NCBI GenBank assembly: GCA_964276515.1
Contig: OZ193909.1
Coordinates: forward strand, 2,480,001-2,544,000
Source of the DNA: Gordius albopunctatus
Taxonomy: Eukaryota
Reading direction: 5' to 3'
DNA: 64,000 nucleotides
Positions 51,938 to 64,000 of this stretch are shown in pieces. Below the pieces are notes generated by a model that ran no database searches, had not been told where the DNA came from, and saw only the letters and a program-made list of their open reading frames with translations. The position numbers and the translations under genes are program-made. Positions within the stretch are counted from its first letter, which is position 1. Every line of letters starts with the position of its first letter.

Positions 51938-54050
51938 ATTAAGTAAAAGTTTATTTTATTTAAGAGTAACTAAAAAATAAGAGTTGTAATATTAATCGCA
52001 GTTTTTTTTAGAATTTTCGCGTCTAATTTTTATTGAAAAAACTTATTTTGATCATATTGATAGAATTGCCATAAATTTGCTAATTAGTTTATTTAAAATT
52101 AAATTTTAAATATTTAGTTTCCCTCTATAAAATTTGATTAAAAATAATAAAACGACAATTTCGAAATTGGATTTAAAAAATTTGGAGTAATGAACACATA
52201 GTAAAAAAACTTTTTAAACTTGGCCGCAAAATTATATTTGAAAAATATTTATTATAAATAGTTTCATTTTTATATATAAGATATATAAACATTTTTTATA
52301 AAATAAAATTTATGGACTTAAAGCTATTAACTCCGTATTATGCTATAAATGTCCTATTAATAAGTTATGTGATTTGTTTTAACAAATAAAGTATATCTAT
52401 CAAATTATTTGAGGTCTTGAATAAAAATATTTTCTCGCATTTTTATTTGTATTATATAATGAAAATTTGTAGTGTACAATTTGCATAATTCCTTCACCTT
52501 ATTTTTATATTACCTCAAAATATTAATCTTCTACCTTACACTATTACATAATAGCTATCTTTCAACCAATAAGAATATTATTTACCAAACTATTATTAAT
52601 AAACTATCAACATGTTATAAGGTGTTTTAGGTTGATTACAAATTAATAACATTAAATCGCTTTAATATAGATTTTTGTAACTAAAAAATTTTTTAAAAAA
52701 ATTGAATTATGAGAATAAAATAATACACCATAAATGTTTGATTTTTAAGCTCAGGATTTCTTTCATAGTGAGATTTAGGCAAATCCCACCCTTGAATCAA
52801 CCTAACCCCCCATCAAGCGAGAGATTTTTTTTCACTTTTTTAAGTCTACACCCAAAATAAAACAAACATCAATATTAGGCCAGTATAAAAATCCATTAAA
52901 AATATTTAAACTTATTTGTAAAGTTAAAATTTTTTATAAATATGTATAAAAACTCTTTTTCAATACTTTCATGGTATTGACATTACCTTTAAGTTTGGTT
53001 ATAAATCAAAATCCGACTTTGATTACAAAGAGTTTACGCAATTTTTTAACATTATATGGATGATAGTAGGAAGAGGCCCGTTGCAGATAGTGTTTCGATT
53101 TAGTCTCCCTGGATCTCGAAAGCGAAATCTCGTATATCGGGTGCCATTATAATAATCTCGATCTCGAATGGTCGAGAAATCTCTACATGTCTTGACGTTT
53201 AAATTATTTTATAGTATTTACCGGTAAATAGTTGGTAAAAACATATAAAATAAACAAAACGGCGAACCATATTTAACATCGACTGGCAGAACAAATGCAT
53301 AATGTGATTCATGGCTTGAGAATTTTAGAGGTGCACCATGAGTTCTAGCGTAACAAATTTTTTTTGAATACCAGAGGTCTACAAATATTGACTTTGTGAT
53401 TCCATCCCGAAACCAGAGCAATAATTCTGATGGAGAATTTTGTTATTTCTTTTGCAAAACTTCCGGGTTTTAAGATAAACGAGGGCCTATTTTAACCTTT
53501 TTTGAGGTTTTATTGCCACGGCATTTTTAATTTATACTGAAAAATCTATATTTTAATATATTCGCGTTTACGTGAACCCCTTTTCCTAATCAAAATTCGT
53601 CCCACTATGTCCGGAAGACGTAGTAAATTAGAGTGCACACTACATATGAGATGTTTACTAACACCTCTCACCTTTTACTCCCCTTCAACTCCCACCCCAT
53701 ATCCAACCAAGTCTTTTTAGGCATAACAAGAATGGTCTAAAATATTATTTATCTATAAAGTTGTATTTCTACCCATTTTTAGGCTAAATTAATTTTGAGC
53801 ATATTTTTGATTACAAGGGCCAGTTCCTAAAATTAAAAAAAAATAAACATGATTGTTTTTATATATTATGAAATTTTCCATTACATTAGTTGGCTTTTAT
53901 ATTTTTTAAGTTTATCTATATATTTTTTTGCGCTTGATTATTAAATTAAAACCTGATTCACTTGAAATTCAAGATTTTTTATTAATTATGTACCAAAATA
54001 ACATCTACAATTTTTTTTTCGGAAAAACAATTCTAACTATGTTTTTTAAG

Positions 54051-56380
54051 CGTCGTATATATCATACGCTGGGAGACTTAGATTCACCCTGCTATGTATT
54101 AATAAATCGCAGTTAGCAAATGATTATCTCCCACTACCTTATTATTATAATGTGAAATATTAATTTATAATTATTAAGTCAATAGGATAATTATCGCGTA
54201 TGATACAAAGTAAAACATTCAATGTGCAATCCGATGTTACATTTACTACAAATATATTTAGCACACTTATTACAAGCTGTGCATCTTCTCTGCATGGGGT
54301 TTTTGACAGGCCAATGCTCCTTATTATCGTATATAACCTCGTCGTATACGTTGCGTGAATTGGCAGGATTAATAGGCCTTACTCGCGGTATACTTGACGC
54401 CGCGAGTAAGGTGATAGTTATTCTTCGGGTAAAGTCCAACAAGGGAATCCCTTTCTCTGTATCCCGATAAAGTAGACATGCATTGACTACAGATGAGTTC
54501 AAACAAAAACGGATTATAGGCGAGTATCATTTTTTTGAACGAATTTTTACTTGATAGGCTGCACGGAGTTGATAAAAAAGATCAACTCCTCCCATTCCTT
54601 TATTATACTCCGCCACAAGACTGGGCTGCGGAACCATAATGCGCTTATTGGCAATAGAATTATAACGAACACAATGAGTAAACGTGTTGGCTAAGGCATC
54701 ATTGCGATTTGAAGCCAATGTAACCTGATTGTTATCGTTCCACCGATAAAGAGTGATTTTTCTCTCTTCATCGCGAAGTACGTCAAAAGCTCCTCTTTCT
54801 GCCTTTTTCAAATATTTTAAGGGAGCTTTTTGGATCCTATCATTTCTAATTGTTCCAGTTATAAAAATAACCCTGATCCTCCATATCTCGCATTAATTCT
54901 AATGAATTAAAATAATTGTCTATAAATATGTGACTGTTAAAGGGGACGAATCCAAACACCATTTGTTTTACCACAAAACTCCCAAGGGGAACTCTAGGAG
55001 GACGATCCTCTCGACCTTCGTATAAATTAAATCTGCAACAATAACCATTAGATTTGTTGAGGCACCAAAACTTGAACCCAAATCTGATAGGTTTTCCACG
55101 GATAAACTGTTTGATGTGATATTTTCCAAAATATGGCTCCATTCCCTCGTCCAAAGAATAATACTTGGTGAGAGGCAGGCTCAATTTTTCAAACTTATTA
55201 TTCATATGGGTTATGAGTAAAGACACTTTTTTGCCACCCCCATTTGGTTGTCAATAATATTGGAGAAATGCAAATATTTGAAAATAGTCAGAAATCTGTC
55301 TCTTGACATACAGTTTGAAATAGATATGTTATTAACATCAGCTTGTGTTTCCTAATAAAGCCTTCTGTTTGGGAGTAGGTTATAACCAGATACCAATAAT
55401 ATTCCTAAAAACTTGTACAGTTCCTCCACATTGGTGGAAAATGTATTATCTGAATATTTGTATTTTGCATAGGCTTCACTTTCCTTGCATACATATTCCA
55501 AGAAAGGTTGATCCCAAAATAATTGGAACACTTCTAAGGGTGTTAAATTTAATTCTGTTATACTGTTTACTAAGGTAGGATCTTCATCTTTTCTGTTTTT
55601 AATTCTATACTGGCTATGTTTTACTTCTTCTGGCCCAAGATAAATTCTCTTCCATTCTGCCAATTTTTGTTTTTAGTTATTAGTTAATGAAATTTGATCT
55701 AAAGATGATTTGTCTTTAAGTAGGTTCTAAATCTATAACTTCATTTTCATTAGTTAGAACATGTACATTTGATTTTTTTGCCAAAATAATATTTCCCCAA
55801 AACTCTAGGATGATTCACATATATTTCATTTTTATCTTCTGCCTTATCATCACAGTCAGTATCATAGAAGTCATTAGGGGGAATGATTTCTAGATCTATA
55901 CTTTGTATATTATTTAAAATTTCTTAATCTGTTTTCAACAACTGAATTATATCTTCTGTATTTAAAATTCCCACTTGCCCACTGTATGATATATCATACG
56001 TTAAAATATATTAACATATATTTTTTTAAATAATTATAAAAAGGATTAATAAATATATTTTTATGAAAGATCCAATCCTTGTGTTTATATTTATATAAAA
56101 AATAAATTATATTATAATGAATTTTTAAAGTTATTAGCATTTAATGATTACCTGCCAGATTTTCTTGAATTTTTTCGATTTAGGTTTTTTGATGCTGTTT
56201 TTGAAGGCATAATATTAAAGCGCAAAATAAAAATAACCCACAAGGAATGTAAAGTAAATCTTTAGCTTTCAAATAAGGTATATTTTGTTAAAAATAGATA
56301 ATGTTAAGTGTGTGAATTTATTAATTGAAAAAGGTATACTTTGCTTATGATATATACGACGGTAGGCTTTAATGGGTTAA
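54051..56380 (-). mobile_element. piggyBac transposon with fragmented transposase
   Basis: SLDEGM..Y.G, KPIRFGFKFW, FIDNYF, YNKGMGGVD and a C-terminal Cys-rich domain in ORFs 54191-55663. GGG-TTAA end at 56374-56380. A 19-bp inverted repeat lies at 54051-54069 / 56343-56361; the true left terminus was not found. Confidence 0.92.
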
Positions 56381-56565
56381 GGTGTAACGCTTTGACAGAA
56401 AAAATATTTGCAAGCACACTGAGCATTTCATTTTGGGCGTTTTGAAAACTTGAATTTTATACACCCGCTCATTAGGTTTTTATTGAATATTTTATATTAT
56501 TATTCTTATTTTTGCAACAATTTAATATAAATATTTTAAATTTCAAATTATTGATATTTTTATAG

Positions 56566-59500
56566 ATGGCTTTTAGTTATGTTGTGAGTAATCATAAGCC
56601 AACGGCTGTTAATATCTGTTGTGGGGGAAGTTTTACAGGGCCTAATGACATTAATTTGATTGTAGCAAAGAGCACACTTTTGGAAATCTATTTAGTTGCA
56701 CCAGAAGGATTAAAATTAATTAAAGAATATACCATAAATGGGAAAATTGTCTGTCTCCAATTATTTAAGCCCTATACACACTCAAAGAGAAGCTTGAATT
56801 CTTACACTCAGAATGATAAAGATCTATTGTTCATTCTTACACACAAGTATATTAATTCTATAATTAAACCTATTTGCCTAATAGGTACAATGTTTGTATT
56901 CTTGAATGCATTCAAGATGAAACTGGTAATCTTACAATATCTACAAGAGCTCATGGGAATGTCCAGGAAAAAATTGGAAGGCCTTCAGAAGCTGGTTAGT
57001 ATTTTAAAAACAATTATTTTGAACTAAATTTCAATTTGACTGAATAGGAATGATTGCATCTATTGATCCTGATGGAAGAGTCATTGGCTTGCAATTGTAT
57101 GATGGACTTTTTAAGATAATCAAATTAGATGACAATTACTATGCATCCCAAAATTTAGATTCCAAATCAAACTATGAAACTAAAAACAAAGGAGAATTGA
57201 AATCCTTCAACATTAATATCGAAGAACGAAAGATTGTTGACCTGAAGTTCTTGGAGGGCTTTGATGTTAGTTTTTTTAAAATGATTGTTTTTAAATCTGA
57301 CTAGTTTTTAAACATTAGGCTTAAACATTTATTTGATAATATCTGACAAAGGATTAAGTATACTTTTTAAACTATATTTAAAATTTTGTATCTAGTCATT
57401 CATGTCCTTATTTAAACTTTTGTAAATATCATGGGAGTAGCCGGGGCGGGGGGAGCTGCAGCTGCCTCTTTCTAAATCCAAAATTTTGTTAAAATTTATT
57501 AAAATTATGGCTAAAATTTCAAAAATGACCATTTTACTCTTGTCTGAATTATTATTGTCCCCCTTTAATTCAAATGCTGGCTATGCCCATGATTATTAGT
57601 TATCATTCATCTAATAAATTTATTTGGCGCTTATCATTAGTTTTGCTCTACATGCATGGGTATTTAAAATAATATTTGTGCAATAATGTGCTTCAGTACT
57701 TAATTTAGTCAATCTATATAGTCTGTAAAGAAATAATTCAATTATACTTTAAATTATAAAAATAAAACAATATGATTATTTTCTATGGTAAAAAAATATT
57801 TTTGATTGAAGCATTTTAATTTTTCCACCCAAAGGATCTCTATTAAATTAAAGTGCTCACTAGGACCAATTTCAAATAGCTTCAACTTGTTTATTTTGTA
57901 CACATAATATGTTTATTCCTAACAAAATCAATCCCACCTTAATTTAATCTTTTGTTGTTTAACCGCCTCCTTTCAAACTTTTTCACCGGTGTTTTAAAAA
58001 CGGCTGGGATTTATTTGGTCGATTTTTGGTTTTAGTTGACTAAACAGGAACAGACCAAACTAAAACCAAAGGTCGACCAAATGAAACGCGGCCATTTTTC
58101 GTATAATATAAAACTTTTTGGCAACGTAACAAGTGTGCGTACCCTACAAGGTTCCAACTATAGCCCTGATCAATCAAGATTCCGAGGGTCGTCACTTTCG
58201 AACGTACAAATTGATGGATCGGGATTTAGTGCACGGTCCCTGGAGCGAAAATAACATAGAAGCCGAAGCCTCCATCCTGATACCCGTCCCCCTGGCCTTG
58301 GGTGGGGGTCTTTTGATTGTAGGCCAAGAATCTATCATGTATTTCAAAGATAATGCCCCTTTCGCCATACGCCCCCCCGTCATGAAACAAAATTCCATCA
58401 CTTGTTACTGCAAAGTAGACCCCAACGGTAGCAGGTACAGTTGTGTTTTATTCGAATAAAAGAAATTTAATAGATATAGAGGGGGAGAGTTATTTGTTTT
58501 AAAATTGTTCATTTTTTTTGGAATTTATTAAAAAAAAATTGCACGCCTATATATTTATTAAAACGGTATAAAAAATTACATCCACGACTAAAAAACTATA
58601 AAAAGGCGCTAAAACTAAGCGGATGACATTGATCCGTGTATGGATCGATCGTGTTGTATTTAAAGATTTCCATTGCGATCTTTTCCCTGATAAATAAGTA
58701 CTCTTTCAAGTCTAATCAGACGGGAGAGATTTAAATTAATATGAAAAAGGCCTCGCTTTAACTGGGAATTCTAGCACAGGAAAGGGCTTTGAGTTAATTT
58801 AAAATGTCTGGATTTTGCAACGCCAGTCTTTTTTTGCAGCTCTCCACACCGTTTATAAGCATATTGGCAAATATATTTGCTTATATATGCCTTTTGTCCA
58901 TTTATTAATAATTTAGAAGAAAGCATTTGTCTAAGATTTTAAATTATAGCAAAGTCGCTCCAATGATGGTACCTTCCTTAATTCAATCAATGCTCTCGGC
59001 TTAAAAGATACTTATTTACCCCCTTATATCAAGTTTAATCGCGAAATTTAATTTACTTTTCCCCCTGGCCTCTTTTAAAAAGGAAGATTCAAAAGTATTA
59101 CTTATATAACCCTTATTATATATTAACATATCATAATTGTAGTATCCAAAATTATTCGTTTATATTAATGTATATATAAATAAACCAATTTTTACATAAA
59201 AATCAGGAAATGTTCTTGGATCAGAAATGTTGATTTATGCCATTTGTAGAAAAAAATTCAATCAAATACACCTTAAGGTTTTGAAAGATTTATACTTTGT
59301 TCATTGCATAACACACAACAAATGTAATTACTTCTGGAAACTTACTTTTTATTAATTCTGTTTATTTATTGCATTTATTTATTTGTTTGATTAATTTATT
59401 TTTTATATAATTGTATTTTTCTTTTGATCGAATCGTCTGCTTCTCAGATACATCCTCGGGGACATGGCGGGTCGTTTGTTCATGTTACTCCTTGAGGTGT

Positions 59501-62500
59501 CCGACGACGGGCACGCGGTTCGGGACCTCTCCCTAACACTACTCGGCGAAGCCTCCATTCCCGAATCCCTGTCTTACCTCGACAACGGCGTCCTCTTTCT
59601 CGGTTCTCGACTCGGCGATTCACAGCTGATTCGACTTCGTACGATCCCGACCATTCCCGAACAATCAGCTGTTCCAAGTTACGTGGAGGTTTTGGAGCGA
59701 TTTACCAATTTGGGACCGATCGTAGATATGATTACGGTGGATGCCGAACCAGGTTCCGGACATCGGGATCAGCTGGTCACTTGTTCCGGAGCCTTCAAAG
59801 ACGGTCAGTAATTAGATTCGGGTGGGGAGCAATACACTCCCCCTCCCCCAAACCTCCCTCACTTTCAGGACTACAAAAGATTAAGCGCAAAAGTTTGAGG
59901 TTTTTGTTGTGGTATTTTGATCGATTGGGGAACAAAATACGGCAAAATTCGAGAGGGTAGCGCCATTACTTTCAATAATAATTTACAGGGAAATGGATTA
60001 ATCGTGCCTGACCGTGATTTTACCCCTTTGAACGTCCATAACATAATTGGCCTTAAAATGGCTAAAAATCTCAAAAATTACCACATTCACGAGGCATACA
60101 CCCTCACCAAAAATTGCCCAGATTTGAAATGGTTCGGAGCAAGAATGACCCTTTAATGTTGATTCAAAGTGAGAGTCTATTAGGATGATAATTGTAATAA
60201 TTTAATTTGCTAACGAACATGTATGCATCCTTGTATAATACTCATGGGCTTAGCTAAGGGGTGGGGGGCAGGAAGGGGCAGCTGCCCCCCTCTAAATCCA
60301 AAAAATTGTTGAAATTTATTAAAACTTTGGCTAAATTTTCAAATAAATGTGTATTTTGCCCGCCCCTCTAATTCCAATGCTTACTAGGCCATGGTAATTT
60401 TCTTTCCGCTTCCCATTTGTTACAAAAAATCCTTGAACTCCTACACCCCCACTAGCGATGCATAATTCTTTAAGCGTTATGTATTAAGATTTGAAACTTT
60501 AGAACATACCTATATATATATATCGTAGGATCTTTATAAATTTGTTAGAAATTTAAAAATATTTTGGCCTAAAATACTTAAGCAAAATCAAGATTATTGG
60601 CCTGATACGATAAAATAATTGCAAAATCATTGTTTGCCTTCACATCCATTCAAACATTGTACTAAATTCAAAGTATATACTCAATTTTAATTGCCACTTT
60701 AAGGTGAAACGTTAATCTTTTACCGTAACAACTTTTTATTTTAGTTATTTAATGAAATTTATCATTTCTCACTATAAACCAATAAAATTATTTGCTAGGA
60801 TCACTTCGGATTTTGCGAGACGGAATCGGAATAAATGAACGGGCGGCACTGGAATTGCCGGGCAATCAGCTGATTCGTGGTTTATGGTCTTTGAAAAATA
60901 CGGTGACCAAAGCTGACGCCATGTTGGTCACCGGTTTCTCCGATCGAACCACGAGAGTACTATCCTTCAACGGTACTACTACGTCTTTAGATATGCAACT
61001 CAGTTTTTAAAATTTTTTGAACATAATAAAATTATTTATCTTAAATATGCCTGGAAACATTTTTAAGTTTATTTTTTTTATTGCTTAATCTTTTATCTAA
61101 ACTATACAATTTACATAATAAAATTGTTGTTCACATGTCTTAAAATATTCCTGAGGTTAGATTGTAAGCCGTTTAAAAGATTCTAGGCCTAAATTTTGGT
61201 GTTTTGTGAATTACTTTTGGAAAATTAAGACCACTAAATCTTAATACAAATTTATCCCTAGGCCATCTGAATCTGTCAAAATCACCTATTAAAATGTTTG
61301 GGATACCATTTTTTACCATTCCGAATTATGATACGTTCTTCTATAGTGGGCTATAAATTTGGGGCTTGAAGCAAACTTTAAAAAATTCTATTAATGGAAT
61401 CTATGATTTTATTAAAAGTCTACCCTTTTAAAAGTTAAAATTGCTAATTGATCACTTAGAAATTACAAATGGATTGTGTATTCTACATTAAAATTTTTAT
61501 TTTTTTTTGTATAAAAGAATTTATAATTTAAATACAAATTACCAGCATCTTACAAAAAAATCTAGCCAACAACGAAAAACCAGACGATTTTTTAAATTGA
61601 GTGAAGGCAATTGTTATATACTTAAAGGACATTATTTTTAGGTACATCAGCTGATGATGGGTCGGACGAAGTCGAAGAAATTGACTTGCCCGGTATCGTA
61701 ACGTCGGGTGCTACTACGTTGTACTGCGGTGACGTCGTTAACAATAATATCCTCCAAATTACGACCGCCTCCTGCCTTCTCATCGATAGGATAAATTCTA
61801 AAGTTTTGCAAGAATGGACGCCCCCTATCAAAACGTAAACGCAGTTATATAGTGAGGAGCAGGGGTTTGAACCCACCCAAAATAAAATCGGGTTCGTGTT
61901 CGGGTTCAAGAAATTATATTATACTAATAATACATTTTACCTTCAAAAAATTATTATTGAATAGTTAACTTAATTTTCAAATAGCACCTAATTAAATTCA
62001 CATGCCAATTATTTCATCTCATTGTGCATATGTATTTATTGAATTTTTAATGTTCTAATTTAATTTTGGATTATGAAGCAATAAAAATATAATTAATAAA
62101 AGCCATACCATATTCTAAATTACACAAAAATATTTTTATTCAACGTATACTTCACATCATGAAATATAAATACAGTTGACACATAAATTATGTATAAAAA
62201 ACTGTTATTATAATTAAAAACCATAAATCTTCTAAAATACCATGACTAATATATATCAATTATATAAATAATACTTACGAATAATTCTTGAGATAATTAG
62301 TATTGATTAATGAATGAAAAATGCCGGAAACATAAAAATATTGAAATTAAAATTGTATGGTTTTCGTTACATTGTCATGATAGAGAAAACTGAGATATTC
62401 AATTCACGATATATTTTTGAATAAAAAACCGGAACCCTTTTTTGTATTCATCGGGTTCGTGTTTTAAGGGTATTCTTGGGTTCGGGTTCTGTGGTTCGTG

Positions 62501-63579
62501 TTCAGGGGTTCGGGTTCGGGACAAACCCCTGGTGAGGTTAGGGTTAAGTGGGCAATTGATCCCTCCCTCTACTTCTTTTGTTGTGAAATATTGTGTTTAG
62601 TAGACGTGCTAGCTGCTTGCTTTGTATAAAAGTGGCATTTATCGTTGAAATTTTAGTTTTTAAGACCTTAAAATATCGATAACTTATGCTTTATCACTTG
62701 TTCTAACTAAATTAAATGAATTTTATCATTAAAAACAAGGTAATTCCTTTAAGATTTGGGGTGAATTTTAGTAAAACTCCAAGTTTTTTTCCATGGATTA
62801 CAAAAGGGTTGGCGATGGATCTTCTCAGGTCATCACCGTAGCCGCGTGCAATGGGTCTCAGATTTGCCTGGCTTCGGGCCGAGAGTTATATTACCTGGAA
62901 TTGCGCAAGGCGGATGGCATCGTGGAACGCAGTCACGTGACTTGCGATCACGAGATCTCTTGCCTCGATTGCTCACCCCTCGGCGAGCGCCTCGCCCTCG
63001 CGGTGGGTGAAAGTGGTCCCGCCCGCTTTTGCGCCGCCGGGTTTTGGGGTCAGATCGCCGTGAAAACCTTCTCCCTTCCACACCTCGAGGAGTCCTGGTG
63101 CGAAGAGTTCGCTGCCAAGGGCGACGTCGTCGTTCCTCGTTCTCTCCTTCTGTGCCAGTTATCACAGCCCGCTCCGTATTCCTCCGCTACTTCCGCCTCT
63201 CACCCAGCGGACGGATACAACGCGGCGGAAGGATACTATCTCATGGTGGCGCTGGGCAATGGGACGCTCTACTACTTCCGGTGCGACCCGGTCACCGGAA
63301 GTTTGAGGGACAGAAAACGGGCGGTCGTTGGGACCCGACCCCCTAGTCTTAAATTGTTCCGCTCGGGTGCAGCCTCAAAATCAGCTGACTCAGATACGAG
63401 ATGCGACAACGTATTCGTATGCTCGGACCGTCCCACCATAATATACGCGCGCAACGGGAAACTTATTTTTTCCGCCGTTAACCTCAGGGAAGTGTGTCAA
63501 GTTTGCCCGTTCGACTCACCCACCTACCCCGATAGCCTCATCTTGGTCCCGTCTATGTCATCGGGTCTCATTCTCATAG
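56566..63579 (+). CDS. DDB1: DNA damage-binding protein 1, partial (continues beyond window)
   Basis: Exons 56566-56846, 56885-56994, 57048-57265, 58151-58434, 59448-59803, 60799-60972, 61642-61834 and 62807-63579 splice in frame. Motifs [58 protein letters not shown] and CSDRPTIIY. Confidence 0.97.
61860..62531. mobile_element. hAT-type MITE in DDB1 intron 7
   Basis: TIR CAGGGGTTTG/CAAACCCCTG, GGGTTCG subterminal repeats, and a partial 8-bp TSD GTGAGGAG/GTGAGGTT. Confidence 0.8.
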
Positions 63580-63589
63580 GTATGCACAG

Positions 63590-63975
63590 GCTCACTGTAG
63601 GACAAAATGTCCGTCCATCGTGTCTGTCTTTTCTCGTCTTTTTCAACTTTTTTGCCAGTTTAGTTTTATAAAAGTATGGATCTAAGATAGGTGTACGCGC
63701 TCGTTAGAGTTGAGAGGTGAAAGCGTGAATGATTGATTGCTATGCAAGACTCACTTTTGAGTAAAAGTTCCCTCCTAAATTGTCTTGTCCAACTTTTGCG
63801 TTTTTAGTCTATTAAATGATAGAACTAAAATATAATGCTCTTTAAAATGGTGTGAAACGGGATATTGATTGCCATGTACTTTATGGGCTCACTTTCCGTG
63901 AAAGTGTTTGTCCTGTCTATCTTGTCTTCTCCAACTTTTGCCTTTTTAGTTTATTAACGAAGAGAACTAAATGTA
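63590..63975 (+). repeat. Three ~135-155 bp tandem units resembling the 5' end of the Helentron-like element
   Basis: ATTGC(T/C)ATG...CTCAC, GTCY-like tracts and CAACTTTTGC..TTTTAGT repeated. 63869-63890 matches 327-349. Confidence 0.6.
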
Positions 63976-64000
63976 AATGGGATTGACGACAAATACTTAA

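Noticed and set aside
53218..53421. 67-aa minus-strand ORF
   Set aside because: No motif or splice partners identified.

Overview
AT-rich invertebrate (animal) nuclear DNA with spliceosomal introns; the species cannot be determined from the window. Host genes: a compact, multi-exon Dumpy-like EGF/ZP/transmembrane gene (minus, ~15.2-30.7 kb), the 5' two-thirds of DDB1 (plus, from 56566), one N-terminal cytochrome P450 exon, and two small spliced genes the ORF track misses or splits (a 139-aa unknown protein and a 110-aa RPAIN-like protein) with 34-40 bp introns. The rest is a dense, nested transposon landscape: RTE LINEs, CRE-like restriction-endonuclease retroelements, a Gypsy RT remnant, hAT, piggyBac, pogo-type and Helitron remnants, and many MITEs. 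The most striking structure is 326-7713, a DINE-1/Helentron-like composite whose empty site can be rebuilt from a neighbouring tandem duplicate. It carries tRNA-derived tandem repeats, a serpin fragment and a near-intact RTE that starts exactly at the cleavage site of a twister-ribozyme fold. All homology calls are from remembered motifs, not database searches.
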